From assembly GCA_048938105.1 (NCBI GenBank), contig JBHLMN010000003.1:288001-352000 (forward strand): 64,000 nt of DNA, written 5' to 3'. The translations under genes were made by a program, and so were the position numbers. Below the pieces are notes generated by a model, which saw only the letters and a list, made by a program, of their open reading frames with translations, did no database searches and was not told the DNA's origin. This DNA is from Promethearchaeota archaeon. Lineage in GTDB: Archaea > Asgardarchaeota > Heimdallarchaeia > Hodarchaeales > Hodarchaeaceae. Within the stretch, counting starts at the first letter, position 1. Each line of letters opens with the position of its first letter. This document shows positions 1 through 8,456 of the stretch, piece by piece.

Positions 1-1098
1 ATTATTAATGTTGTCTCTGTTCTCATTGTAGTTTATTTTTTCTCTCATGGAAGCCTTGATTTCCTTAGAAGACAGCGTACAAGAATGTTAGGTCCCCATT
101 TTATGGACACAAGTTATACGTCAGCAATTTCTATTGCTTTTAAAACTGGGATCTCTAGAATGAAGAAACATAAATATCAAACAACTATCACTCTTTTAAG
201 TATTTGTCTGTTAACTTTTGCATTAACTCTATTAACGTCTGCAAGTGCTCTTTTTAAGAATAATATTCTTGTTTTAGGATTACCTATTTTTATAGCAATA
301 CTACTAATGATAAATACCTCAGTTACTGTTGTATACTCATCAAAGAGAGAGATTTCTATATTCACATCATTAGGGGTTACCCCAACCCATATTATATCCC
401 TATTCTTAGTAGAATTTCTTGTATCTGCCATTATAGGATCTGTAATTGGTTATTTGGGAGGAGTAACTTTCATTAGAATAGTTTCAACAATTGGGCTTAT
501 TCCAAAAACGTTACCCATCAATTATTCCTCTGGGGCTGTTGTTACTACTTTAGCTTTTAGCATGGTTGGAATGTTCTTGAGTATAATCTATCCACTAAAA
601 ATATCTAGTCGAATGTCTGTACCCTCTCTTAAAAGAACCTGGGTATTGACTACAGTACCAGTAGAAGATGGAACAAAATGGAATATACCGTTACCAGTTG
701 TTACGGCTAGTGAACAAGAAGCTGAAGGAATTATCGTATTTCTAATGGAATTTTTCGTAATATTCAAATCCGAGAGTGTGGGAGGCCCATTTTTTGTGAA
801 TAATATTGATATAAAAAACTTCAAAGGAAAGGCAAAGCTTATAACTGCTACTGTTACTCTAGCGCCATTTGATATGGGAATAAAGCAAACTATGAAATTT
901 TTCACCTTTTTTGATAGAAAACAAGATCATTGGACGTTTGAGATTGAATTAGTCCGCTTGGAGGGCGTATTAATAGCATGGGAAGCCTCAGTCAAACGAT
1001 TTATAGGCAATATTAGAAAGCAGTTACTTATTTGGAAAAGTCTCTCTGAAGAAGAGAAAGTAGTAAAGATTGAACGATTTCAACAAGAATTCTCATAA
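1..1098 (+). CDS. Large FtsX/MacB-like ABC permease, C-terminal part (5' end outside window); paralogue of 13299..17766
   Basis: Frame is open from base 1 (IINVVSVLIVV...). It has the FtsX-type motif KREISIFTSLGVTP..I..LFLVE and several TM helices. It shares MKK.K.RT, VPSxxRxW, SESVGG, APFDMG and IRKQLLIW with the 1377-aa ORF. Confidence 0.85.
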   Translation: MINVVSVLIVVYFFSHGSLDFLRRQRTRMLGPHFMDTSYTSAISIAFKTGISRMKKHKYQTTITLLSICLLTFALTLLTSASALFKNNILVLGLPIFIAILLMINTSVTVVYSSKREISIFTSLGVTPTHIISLFLVEFLVSAIIGSVIGYLGGVTFIRIVSTIGLIPKTLPINYSSGAVVTTLAFSMVGMFLSIIYPLKISSRMSVPSLKRTWVLTTVPVEDGTKWNIPLPVVTASEQEAEGIIVFLMEFFVIFKSESVGGPFFVNNIDIKNFKGKAKLITATVTLAPFDMGIKQTMKFFTFFDRKQDHWTFEIELVRLEGVLIAWEASVKRFIGNIRKQLLIWKSLSEEEKVVKIERFQQEFS

Positions 1099-1144
1099 AT
1101 ATTTCATTAAATCCTTTGAATAATGAGTTAAAAATTAAAAGCAT

Positions 1145-2506
1145 GTGATTTATTTGGCTAACGAACCGAAGATTGTTGTAATTGGAGCAGGAAGTACAAA
1201 TTTTTGTTTTGTAACGTTAAAAGACATAGTAGAAGAGGAAAAACTTCAAAATGCAACGCTCTGTATGGTTGATACTAATGAGCGTAACTTAAATCTGGTT
1301 TCATCTTTGGCTAAGGTGCTAAAAACCCGCTATCAATCTAAAATAGAATTGATCGCTGATATGAATCGAGAAAAGGTATTAGAGGACGCTGATTTTGTGA
1401 TATTGTCCATTGGGGTTGATCGTGAGCAAACGTGGGAAACTGATTTCGAGATAGCAAAAAAATTTGATATTTGGCATTACGCAGAAAATGGCGGCCCAGG
1501 AGCTTTTGGTCATACAGCTAGAAACCTCGCTGTTGTTATGCCAATACTGTATGACATTCATGATTTGGCATCAAACACATGGCTAATAAATTTCACAAAT
1601 CCATTATCCAAAATTCACTACGCAGCAAAAGACTATGCAAAAGTGAATTGTGTAAGCTTTTGCCATCAGTACTGGTATGGCTTTTACATCTTGGGACACA
1701 TACTTACTGATGATTTAGGAATTTGTAAGGATGCAAATTTATCATATCTTGACTATCGAAACAAAGCTTTGAAGGAATATAACGTCTTAGCAGCAGGGTT
1801 GAATCACTTTACTTGGATGTTAGAGGTACGAAGAAAGTCAAATGGTGAAGATCTCTATCCATTAATCCGACAAAAAATAGACAAATTACCACCCACTTAT
1901 GAAGCTTTGACAAGGCATATTTTTAAAATATTTAAACTTCTCCCTGTTCCAGGTGAGACCCATCTTTCTGAATATCTTCCATATACTGCCCAAAAAGAAA
2001 ACTGGGAGAAATATAATCTTTATCCCTTCAATTTTGATGAAAATAGGCAAAATAAAGTCAAAAATTGGCAACTAATAAAAGAAATAATTGAGGGGAAACT
2101 CCAAGTTGAGATATTAAAGCCAGATCAGGCTGAAAGAATTGCAAATTTAATTACAGAAATATATACAGATGCTTCTGCCTTTGAACCTGCATTGAATATT
2201 GAAAATAATGGAGCAATAGCAAATCTACCGACGGATGCGGTAGTTGAAGTTCCATGTTTAGTGAATAAAAAGGGAGGCTTAGGTATCTGTGTCGGTAAAC
2301 TACCAGAAGCAATCGCAACTTTATGCAACAATGAAATTTCGATTGCAAAATTAATTACTAAAGCATCAGTTGAAGGAGATAAAGAAGCTGGGATTCAAGC
2401 ATTCGCATTAGATCCAATGATAAACGATCTTGATTTAGCAGAAAAGTTATTTCATGAATATTTAGAGACATTTAAGGATGTTCTCCCCCAATTTACCGAT
2501 TTGTGA
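1145..2506 (+). CDS. Family 4 glycoside hydrolase (NAD+/Mn2+-dependent, alpha-galactosidase/glucosidase-like)
   Basis: Motifs IVVIGAGS (Rossmann), ENGGPGA, NFTNP, CH, GLNHF, N.GAIANLP.DAVVEVP and A..LDP. TTG at 1154 is a possible alternative start. Confidence 0.9.
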   Translation: MIYLANEPKIVVIGAGSTNFCFVTLKDIVEEEKLQNATLCMVDTNERNLNLVSSLAKVLKTRYQSKIELIADMNREKVLEDADFVILSIGVDREQTWETDFEIAKKFDIWHYAENGGPGAFGHTARNLAVVMPILYDIHDLASNTWLINFTNPLSKIHYAAKDYAKVNCVSFCHQYWYGFYILGHILTDDLGICKDANLSYLDYRNKALKEYNVLAAGLNHFTWMLEVRRKSNGEDLYPLIRQKIDKLPPTYEALTRHIFKIFKLLPVPGETHLSEYLPYTAQKENWEKYNLYPFNFDENRQNKVKNWQLIKEIIEGKLQVEILKPDQAERIANLITEIYTDASAFEPALNIENNGAIANLPTDAVVEVPCLVNKKGGLGICVGKLPEAIATLCNNEISIAKLITKASVEGDKEAGIQAFALDPMINDLDLAEKLFHEYLETFKDVLPQFTDL

Positions 2507-2529
2507 GTTATTACATTATTATTCAAATT

Positions 2530-3465
2530 TCATAAAGGTTCTCTCGAATCAGTTAAACATAAATTGACCAATTCATCTATTTTAGCAGTACCAACACACA
2601 TGACTTTATCAGCACCACCCCAGTATAATTTCAGAGTACCATCATCTTCAGGAACAGCCCCACAGGTAAAAACCACGTTATGTACATACCCAGTCACTTC
2701 CCAAGGATCTTCAGGCTGTAGAATCCATTGATCACCTACACCCAAAACTATAGCAGGATCATCCAACTTATGTAGAGCGACTCCTAAACGATAAACGGAT
2801 CCATCCATAGTAGGGAAAACTCCATGATAGATACTCAACCATCCTTCTTCTGTGCGGATTGGAGGAGCACCAGGACCGATTTTCATTTCATCCCAATGAT
2901 ACATAACTGGTTTCATTACAATACGGGAATCCCCCCAATACTTCAAATCAGAAGAGAAACTTATCCAAATCGACCAGGGACTAATATCTGAATGAGGTCT
3001 ATCTAATTTTACATATCTTCCATTGATCTTTTCAGGGAATAAAACAGTGTTCCGATAATCTGCTTGAGTAATAAAAGCGATCCTTTTTACTGACTCAAAA
3101 TCCTGAGTTTTTGCTAGCCCTATACGAACGCCATGTCTTGAATAAGCACTGTAAGTAATGTAATGAGTATCTTCTATGAAAGTGATGCGAGGATCTTCAA
3201 CTCCAAATTCCTCATATTCTTTGAAAATCCCGTTGTCAGCAGGGATCATAAAAGGTTCTTCTCTAGACGTAAAATTAAATCCATCTTGGCTCTCAGCAAT
3301 ACCAATGATGGACCTCCCATTTTTACGATGCGAGCGGAATAACATTATATATCTAGAATCATGTTTTACGACACCTGCATTATGCACTGTCTCAACAGCA
3401 TAGGGAATATCATTTACTGTTAATATTGGATTCTTTTCATAACGCTTTACAAAATCTCGTTTCAT
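2530..3465 (-). CDS. GH130 beta-mannoside phosphorylase-like protein
   Basis: Motifs NPIL, EDPR, RNTVLFPEKINGRY, KIGPGAPPI, YHGV, NVVF.CG and WGGAD. Confidence 0.9.
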   Translation of the reverse strand: MKRDFVKRYEKNPILTVNDIPYAVETVHNAGVVKHDSRYIMLFRSHRKNGRSIIGIAESQDGFNFTSREEPFMIPADNGIFKEYEEFGVEDPRITFIEDTHYITYSAYSRHGVRIGLAKTQDFESVKRIAFITQADYRNTVLFPEKINGRYVKLDRPHSDISPWSIWISFSSDLKYWGDSRIVMKPVMYHWDEMKIGPGAPPIRTEEGWLSIYHGVFPTMDGSVYRLGVALHKLDDPAIVLGVGDQWILQPEDPWEVTGYVHNVVFTCGAVPEDDGTLKLYWGGADKVMCVGTAKIDELVNLCLTDSREPL

Positions 3466-3563
3466 ATTGCAATCCCTTCAAAGCTTTAATTTGAGAAATC
3501 AATCCTTCATTCAAACTGAGAGTTAGATTAACAGAGAAAATGTATACATAACATTTAAATTTC

Positions 3564-4496
3564 TTAATTCGATCTAATTGTAAGTTTAACCATCTTTTCT
3601 ATCTTACTGCGTGTTTTTGTTGAAGGCTTATCTTTCATATAGAAAATTAAGCAATAAATATCATTCTTCTCTTGATTAGACCATAAATAAGTATCGAAAT
3701 ATTTCTTGCCAATTAGAGCTTTTTTCTTGGATCTTTGAATACTTCGCCAAACTACTATCTTTTTCTTGTAATAAAGTCTTTTGAATTCTACGGGAAGATA
3801 TCGCGATGGTATTCCTGGAAGATTTTCCTTATAGTACTCCCTGAACCATTTAGGCATCTCATCTGGATTGAAGATTTTTTGATCAGCTAATCCAATACGG
3901 TAAGCAAAGAGATCTAGTGTTTCATCTCTAAGATGGAGAAAAGTCAGTCCAATCAAGAACTCTCTTTTGATTAAGTTGCTATTTAGAAATGGAGTGTGGA
4001 TTTGGAGGTTTGGAGCTGACCAGATCGAGAATATACTCTCTGGATGGCAATTGATGTTTGCCATTATCTCCCTAATTCGAGGCTTTTCTTCCGATTTTTT
4101 TGATGTGAGAAACTGAGAAGTACAAATTATTAATCGTTCTGTTTTATTACAGATCCAAACCATTAAATAGCCTTGAACTTTTTCCTTTTCTAATTCCCAG
4201 TATATATATTTTGCATTATGTCCATTTATTTTCTGTGATCCTTCAGTTTTTCTTTTGATTTTTCTATATGACTTTTTTAACGATTTAAAATAATCCTCAA
4301 TAACTGTACTAATTTTGGGAGCTTTCTTGTCAAGCTTAGCCCAACTTAACTCCATTTTTTTTTCTTTAGAATCTCGAAAACCAAAATAACCAGTTTTTTC
4401 TTGAGACTTTTTCCTGTCTTTTTTTTCAAAAAACATAAACCAATTATTTGGAACTTTAACCAGAATATGCTGCCAACCAAGCGTCTGATATTTCAT
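3564..4496 (-). CDS. Hypothetical basic cytoplasmic protein, possible accessory of the FtsX/OPT system
   Basis: 310-aa ORF with no TM segment, Lys-rich. No motif recognised with confidence. Confidence 0.7.
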   Translation of the reverse strand: MKYQTLGWQHILVKVPNNWFMFFEKKDRKKSQEKTGYFGFRDSKEKKMELSWAKLDKKAPKISTVIEDYFKSLKKSYRKIKRKTEGSQKINGHNAKYIYWELEKEKVQGYLMVWICNKTERLIICTSQFLTSKKSEEKPRIREIMANINCHPESIFSIWSAPNLQIHTPFLNSNLIKREFLIGLTFLHLRDETLDLFAYRIGLADQKIFNPDEMPKWFREYYKENLPGIPSRYLPVEFKRLYYKKKIVVWRSIQRSKKKALIGKKYFDTYLWSNQEKNDIYCLIFYMKDKPSTKTRSKIEKMVKLTIRSN

Positions 4497-4566
4497 CTTA
4501 ATTCCATCAAGAAAACTAAAATCATTTAAAATTCTTTTCGTTAAACCGTAGTGAGGTATTCAAGAT

Positions 4567-5625
4567 TTGTATATGAAAGTAGCTCGGTTTGAAAGTCCTT
4601 TCAACATTAAAATAAGACAATGCAAAACTCCAACGATAGGAGATAATGATCTACTAATTAATGTAGCTTATTGTGGAATTTGTGGAACAGACATTCACAT
4701 TTATGAAGGTCAACTACCTTTTGTCACGTTCCCAATTGTTCCCGGACACGAATTTTCGGGAACAATAAAAGCTATGGGAGCCAAAGTATCTAATTTTGCG
4801 ATAGGAGAGAAAGTAACAGTCAATCCAAACCTCTCATGCAAAGATCATGGTTATAGTTTCGATGAGTATTGTTATTATTGCAAGAAAAATCGTCCTCATT
4901 TCTGTATTAATTGGGAGGCTATTGGAGTGACAAGGAACGGTGGTTTTTCGGAATTCGTTGTTTGTCCTAGCACTTCTGCATATAAAGTACCCCATAATGT
5001 ATCTCTATCAGAAGCAGCTTTTGTGGAACCAATAGCTTGTTGTTTACATGGTCTTCAAAAAGTAAATATAAATTCTGAAAACACAGTGTTGGTTATCGGG
5101 GCGGGACCAATTGGGTTATTGATGGTGTCCCTAATTAAATCATTATATTGCGCAAAAATCATCGTAAGTGAACCTAATCATTCTCGTAGACGTCTGGCAA
5201 CCCAACTTGGTGCAGATATTACGGTTGATCCAACAGATGAAGTCTTAGAAGATGTAGTAAAAAGAGAAACAGAGAATTTTGGGGTCGATGTGTCGATAGA
5301 GGCAGTTGGATTGACAAAAACCTCACTTGAAGCAATAAAATGTTTAAACAAATGTGGAAAAGCTTTATTATTCGGTGTTTCAAAACATGGAGACACAATT
5401 AAGTTAAATCTCTTTGAATTGTACAGTAAAGAGCTATCGTTATATGGTAGTTTTACCAATCCATATGAAAACGACAAGGCTCTTAAAATTCTAGAGAATA
5501 AGGCAATTCCAGTTTCAACATTAATTTCACACACGCTTCCAATTGATAAGTTGGAAGAAGGACTAAATTTAATAAAAAACAAAACACTAGACGCGAAAAA
5601 GATACTTATACGGATTAAAGAATAA
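4567..5625 (+). CDS. Zinc-dependent MDR-family (sugar-alcohol-type) dehydrogenase
   Basis: Motifs CGICGTD, GHE, a four-Cys structural Zn site, EP.AC and GAGPIG. ATG at 4573 is the likely start. Confidence 0.9.
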   Translation: MYMKVARFESPFNIKIRQCKTPTIGDNDLLINVAYCGICGTDIHIYEGQLPFVTFPIVPGHEFSGTIKAMGAKVSNFAIGEKVTVNPNLSCKDHGYSFDEYCYYCKKNRPHFCINWEAIGVTRNGGFSEFVVCPSTSAYKVPHNVSLSEAAFVEPIACCLHGLQKVNINSENTVLVIGAGPIGLLMVSLIKSLYCAKIIVSEPNHSRRRLATQLGADITVDPTDEVLEDVVKRETENFGVDVSIEAVGLTKTSLEAIKCLNKCGKALLFGVSKHGDTIKLNLFELYSKELSLYGSFTNPYENDKALKILENKAIPVSTLISHTLPIDKLEEGLNLIKNKTLDAKKILIRIKE

Positions 5626-5706
5626 GTTAAAAACAAAATTCCAAAATTAGATTATCTCAAAAATATAAAGGATTTATAATTTAAAACAACAGAAAAGGTG
5701 TAAACT

Positions 5707-6069
5707 CTGACAGATCAGGTAATCCAATGTCCCTGTGGGCAATTTATAGAAGATTATAGTCAATATCAATTACTTTATCTTAAGAAGGAGATGGAAGAGA
5801 TTGATATTCTCTGCCCAAACGATTTTTGTTATCTTAGAGAACTCGGATTCTTAAAATTTTCAATTGATAATTCGGGACACATAAAATTAAATATAGGCCG
5901 ATTTTACGCACCATATGTAACTTGGAATGCCACACGGATGTCAGAAGAGACGATAGTCAAAACATTAAAACAACATCTTATTGAGATCACTGAGAAACAT
6001 GTTTCTTGGGAAAAAGTGAAAGAAGACTTTCTAAAGAAAAAGACTAAACAAACTTCAAAGGAGGCTTGA
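5707..6069 (+). CDS. Small putative Zn-binding protein (CPCG...CPNDFC), probable CTG start
   Basis: The frame of ORF 5791..6069 is open back to TAA at 5701-5703. AAGGTG (5695-5700) lies 6 nt before CTG 5707. The extension adds QCPCG, which pairs with CPNDFC. The stop overlaps the TTG start of the next gene. Confidence 0.7.
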   Translation: MTDQVIQCPCGQFIEDYSQYQLLYLKKEMEEIDILCPNDFCYLRELGFLKFSIDNSGHIKLNIGRFYAPYVTWNATRMSEETIVKTLKQHLIEITEKHVSWEKVKEDFLKKKTKQTSKEA

Positions 6070-6674
6070 AATTGAGTCTAGATCTGCCTGAACCCGAATT
6101 TCCATTCTTGGATGTTTTGTATCTATCGTTTTCTAATATCCGGCGAAGATTTTTCCGTTCTATTATCACTGCTTTAGGAGTAATTCTAGGAATTGCGTTT
6201 ATGGCAGCTCTTCTTACTAACTCTCTTACATTAGGGTTAATGGAAGAAGAATCTGAAGTAGAAGCCTACCAATACTGGTTAGTCGGAATATCATTAGTAG
6301 TTTGTTTTGGTGGTATAACTAATAGCATGTTGATGGCAGTTAATGAGAGAGTTAAAGAAATAGGCGTATATAAATGTATTGGAGGGTTGGATACTCATAT
6401 AATACGATTATTCATTGTAGAAGCTCTTCTTCTGGGCATTCTAGGAGGATCTATAGGAGGCATTGTGGGTATAAGCATAGGAATAGCTATAAACCTTAAT
6501 CGTTTTACTTGGGATCAAATATCCTCTGTTCTATTGCTAAACAGTTTTTCACTTGTTCTTTTGTTTGTTTTTTGTTTAGGAATCTCAATGGTTTTAACAG
6601 CACTAGCAACATACCTTCCAGCTCGAAGAGCAGCGAATTTATCCCCAGCAGAAGCCTTAAGATATGAAAATTGA
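6066..6674 (+). CDS. Minimal FtsX-like ABC permease (4 TM, almost no ectodomain)
   Basis: Motifs RSIITALGVILGIA, NSMLMAVNERVKEIGVYKCIG, LFIVEA and YLPARRAANLSPAEALRYE. Confidence 0.9.
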   Translation: MKLSLDLPEPEFPFLDVLYLSFSNIRRRFFRSIITALGVILGIAFMAALLTNSLTLGLMEEESEVEAYQYWLVGISLVVCFGGITNSMLMAVNERVKEIGVYKCIGGLDTHIIRLFIVEALLLGILGGSIGGIVGISIGIAINLNRFTWDQISSVLLLNSFSLVLLFVFCLGISMVLTALATYLPARRAANLSPAEALRYEN

Positions 6675-6677
6675 ACT

Positions 6678-7412
6678 GTGTTGGTATTTATGAGTCTTGA
6701 AGAATATGTCGTTGAAATCACTGATGTATTTAAGGAGTATTCATTGGGGAAGGTTGTAATTCCAGCTCTTCAAGGAATTTCCTTCAAAATAAAACGAGAG
6801 GAATATGTTTCTATAATGGGACCCTCAGGGAGTGGAAAAAGTACACTTTTTAATGTGATCGGAGGGTTAGACATAGTTACAAGTGGAGAAATATTTATTG
6901 ACCAAGTAGACATAGCAGAGCTAGATGCTTATGAATTAGCTTGGCTTCGTAATCGTAAAATTGGATATATCTTTCAAACTTTTAACTTACTGTTAGCATT
7001 CACCGCTCAAGAAAATGTTGAGACTCCTATGGTATTTGCGGGAGTACCAAGAGAAGAAAGAAGAAAAAGGTCAAGAGAGATTTTGAGACTAGTGGGTCTA
7101 GAGCATAGAGCAAAAAACAAACCAGGTCAACTTTCAGGTGGACAACAACAAAGAGTAGCAATAGCACGAGCACTAGCAAACAATCCGGCAATTGTTCTTG
7201 CAGATGAACCGACTGGAAACTTGGATTTAGCAACCGGTTTAGAAATCATTGGATTACTAAAGAAACTAAATGTAGAAGAAGGAACAACAATCGTTACCGC
7301 AACACATGATTTGAAAATGATTAATATTAGTGATAGAATCATATGGATCCGTGATGGGAAAGTGGATAGGATTGAAGATCGTGCGGATGTCCATATTAGC
7401 TTAAAATCATGA
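6678..7412 (+). CDS. ABC ATPase, MacB/LolD (FtsE-like) subfamily
   Basis: Walker [32 protein letters not shown], Walker [11 protein letters not shown] and THD. ATG at 6690 is the likely start. Confidence 0.95.
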   Translation: MLVFMSLEEYVVEITDVFKEYSLGKVVIPALQGISFKIKREEYVSIMGPSGSGKSTLFNVIGGLDIVTSGEIFIDQVDIAELDAYELAWLRNRKIGYIFQTFNLLLAFTAQENVETPMVFAGVPREERRKRSREILRLVGLEHRAKNKPGQLSGGQQQRVAIARALANNPAIVLADEPTGNLDLATGLEIIGLLKKLNVEEGTTIVTATHDLKMINISDRIIWIRDGKVDRIEDRADVHISLKS

Positions 7413-7413
7413 A

Positions 7414-8160
7414 GTGGTGATACAGATGGCAGAGGAAATTACTATAAGATTGGAGGATGTCTGGAAGACATACATCATAGGAACTGAGGAAGTCAATGCG
7501 TTACAGGGTGTTTCATTAGATATTCCCCAAGGTGAATTTCACGTAATTATGGGGCCTTCTGGATCAGGGAAAACTACGTTTCTAAACATGGTTGGAGCGT
7601 TAGATGTTCCCTCAAAAGGAGAAGTTTATTTTGAGAATGTTCCACTTTCGAGTTTAAATAAAAAACAATTAGCATCATTACGATCGTATAAAATTGGTTT
7701 TATTTTCCAAACTTTTAATCTTGTACCAGTCATAACTGCTCTTGAAAATGTTCAACTACCATTAATATTTCAGAAATATCCGAGAGAGGAAAGAAGAAAA
7801 AGAGCAGAAGAAATACTCAAACGAGTCGGCTTGGGTGATCGAATGCAACATACACCAGATGAACTTTCTGGTGGACAACAACAACGTGTGGCAATAGCAC
7901 GAGCTTTAGCGGGAGAGCCAAGCCTTATCCTCGCTGATGAACCTACAGGTAATTTGGACCTATCGACTGGTTTTCACATTGTAGAATTGTTGAGAGAATT
8001 AAGTCAAGAAACTGGTATCACTGTAATTAATAGTACACACGACTTAAAGCTTATCGATATCGCTGATAGAATTTCTTGGTTAAGAGATGGGGAAATTACT
8101 CGAACTCAAAAACGATTAGATGTCTTTATCACTGAAGACGATGTACATATACCCCAATAA
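7414..8160 (+). CDS. Second ABC ATPase, MacB/LolD subfamily
   Basis: [33 protein letters not shown] and THD. A GGTGAT SD precedes ATG 7426. Confidence 0.95.
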   Translation: MVIQMAEEITIRLEDVWKTYIIGTEEVNALQGVSLDIPQGEFHVIMGPSGSGKTTFLNMVGALDVPSKGEVYFENVPLSSLNKKQLASLRSYKIGFIFQTFNLVPVITALENVQLPLIFQKYPREERRKRAEEILKRVGLGDRMQHTPDELSGGQQQRVAIARALAGEPSLILADEPTGNLDLSTGFHIVELLRELSQETGITVINSTHDLKLIDIADRISWLRDGEITRTQKRLDVFITEDDVHIPQ

Positions 8161-8269
8161 TTACAAAGATAAGAAATTTATGTATTAATGATCTGAAAAA
8201 CAGAAAAATTAAAAAAACTAGATTATTAAGAAAGAGTTAATCGCTGCTGATACTAGTGAGGTTAAAAAA

Positions 8270-8449
8270 ATGGAAATAACAGATATTCTAGCTGCTATTT
8301 TTGTTGTTCTTGCATTAGTTATAGCAATATTCAGTACTAACATACGAAACGCGCTTAATAATGATTTACTTCTATTCATCATCGAAGCGGGCCTATTAAT
8401 AGGAGTCATTGCGCTTGCTGTTATTGGTCAGACAATTTCAAGAAGCTAG
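8270..8449 (+). CDS. 59-aa two-TM membrane peptide (not in ORF track)
   Basis: GTGAGG SD, then ATG 8270. Translation is MEITDILAAIFVVLALVIAIFSTNIRNALNNDLLLFIIEAGLLIGVIALAVIGQTISRS*. It has two hydrophobic helices and is co-oriented with the ATPase genes. Confidence 0.7.
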   Translation: MEITDILAAIFVVLALVIAIFSTNIRNALNNDLLLFIIEAGLLIGVIALAVIGQTISRS

Positions 8450-8456
8450 ATGAAGA

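Noticed and set aside
6066-8160. Calling the small permease and ATPases lolCDE, macB or ftsEX
   Set aside because: The ectodomain and cognate partners are missing and the context is archaeal, so the family-level call is all that is supported.
8218-8409. 63-aa minus-strand ORF in the track
   Set aside because: It is the antisense shadow of the better-supported plus-strand 59-aa membrane peptide, which has an SD.
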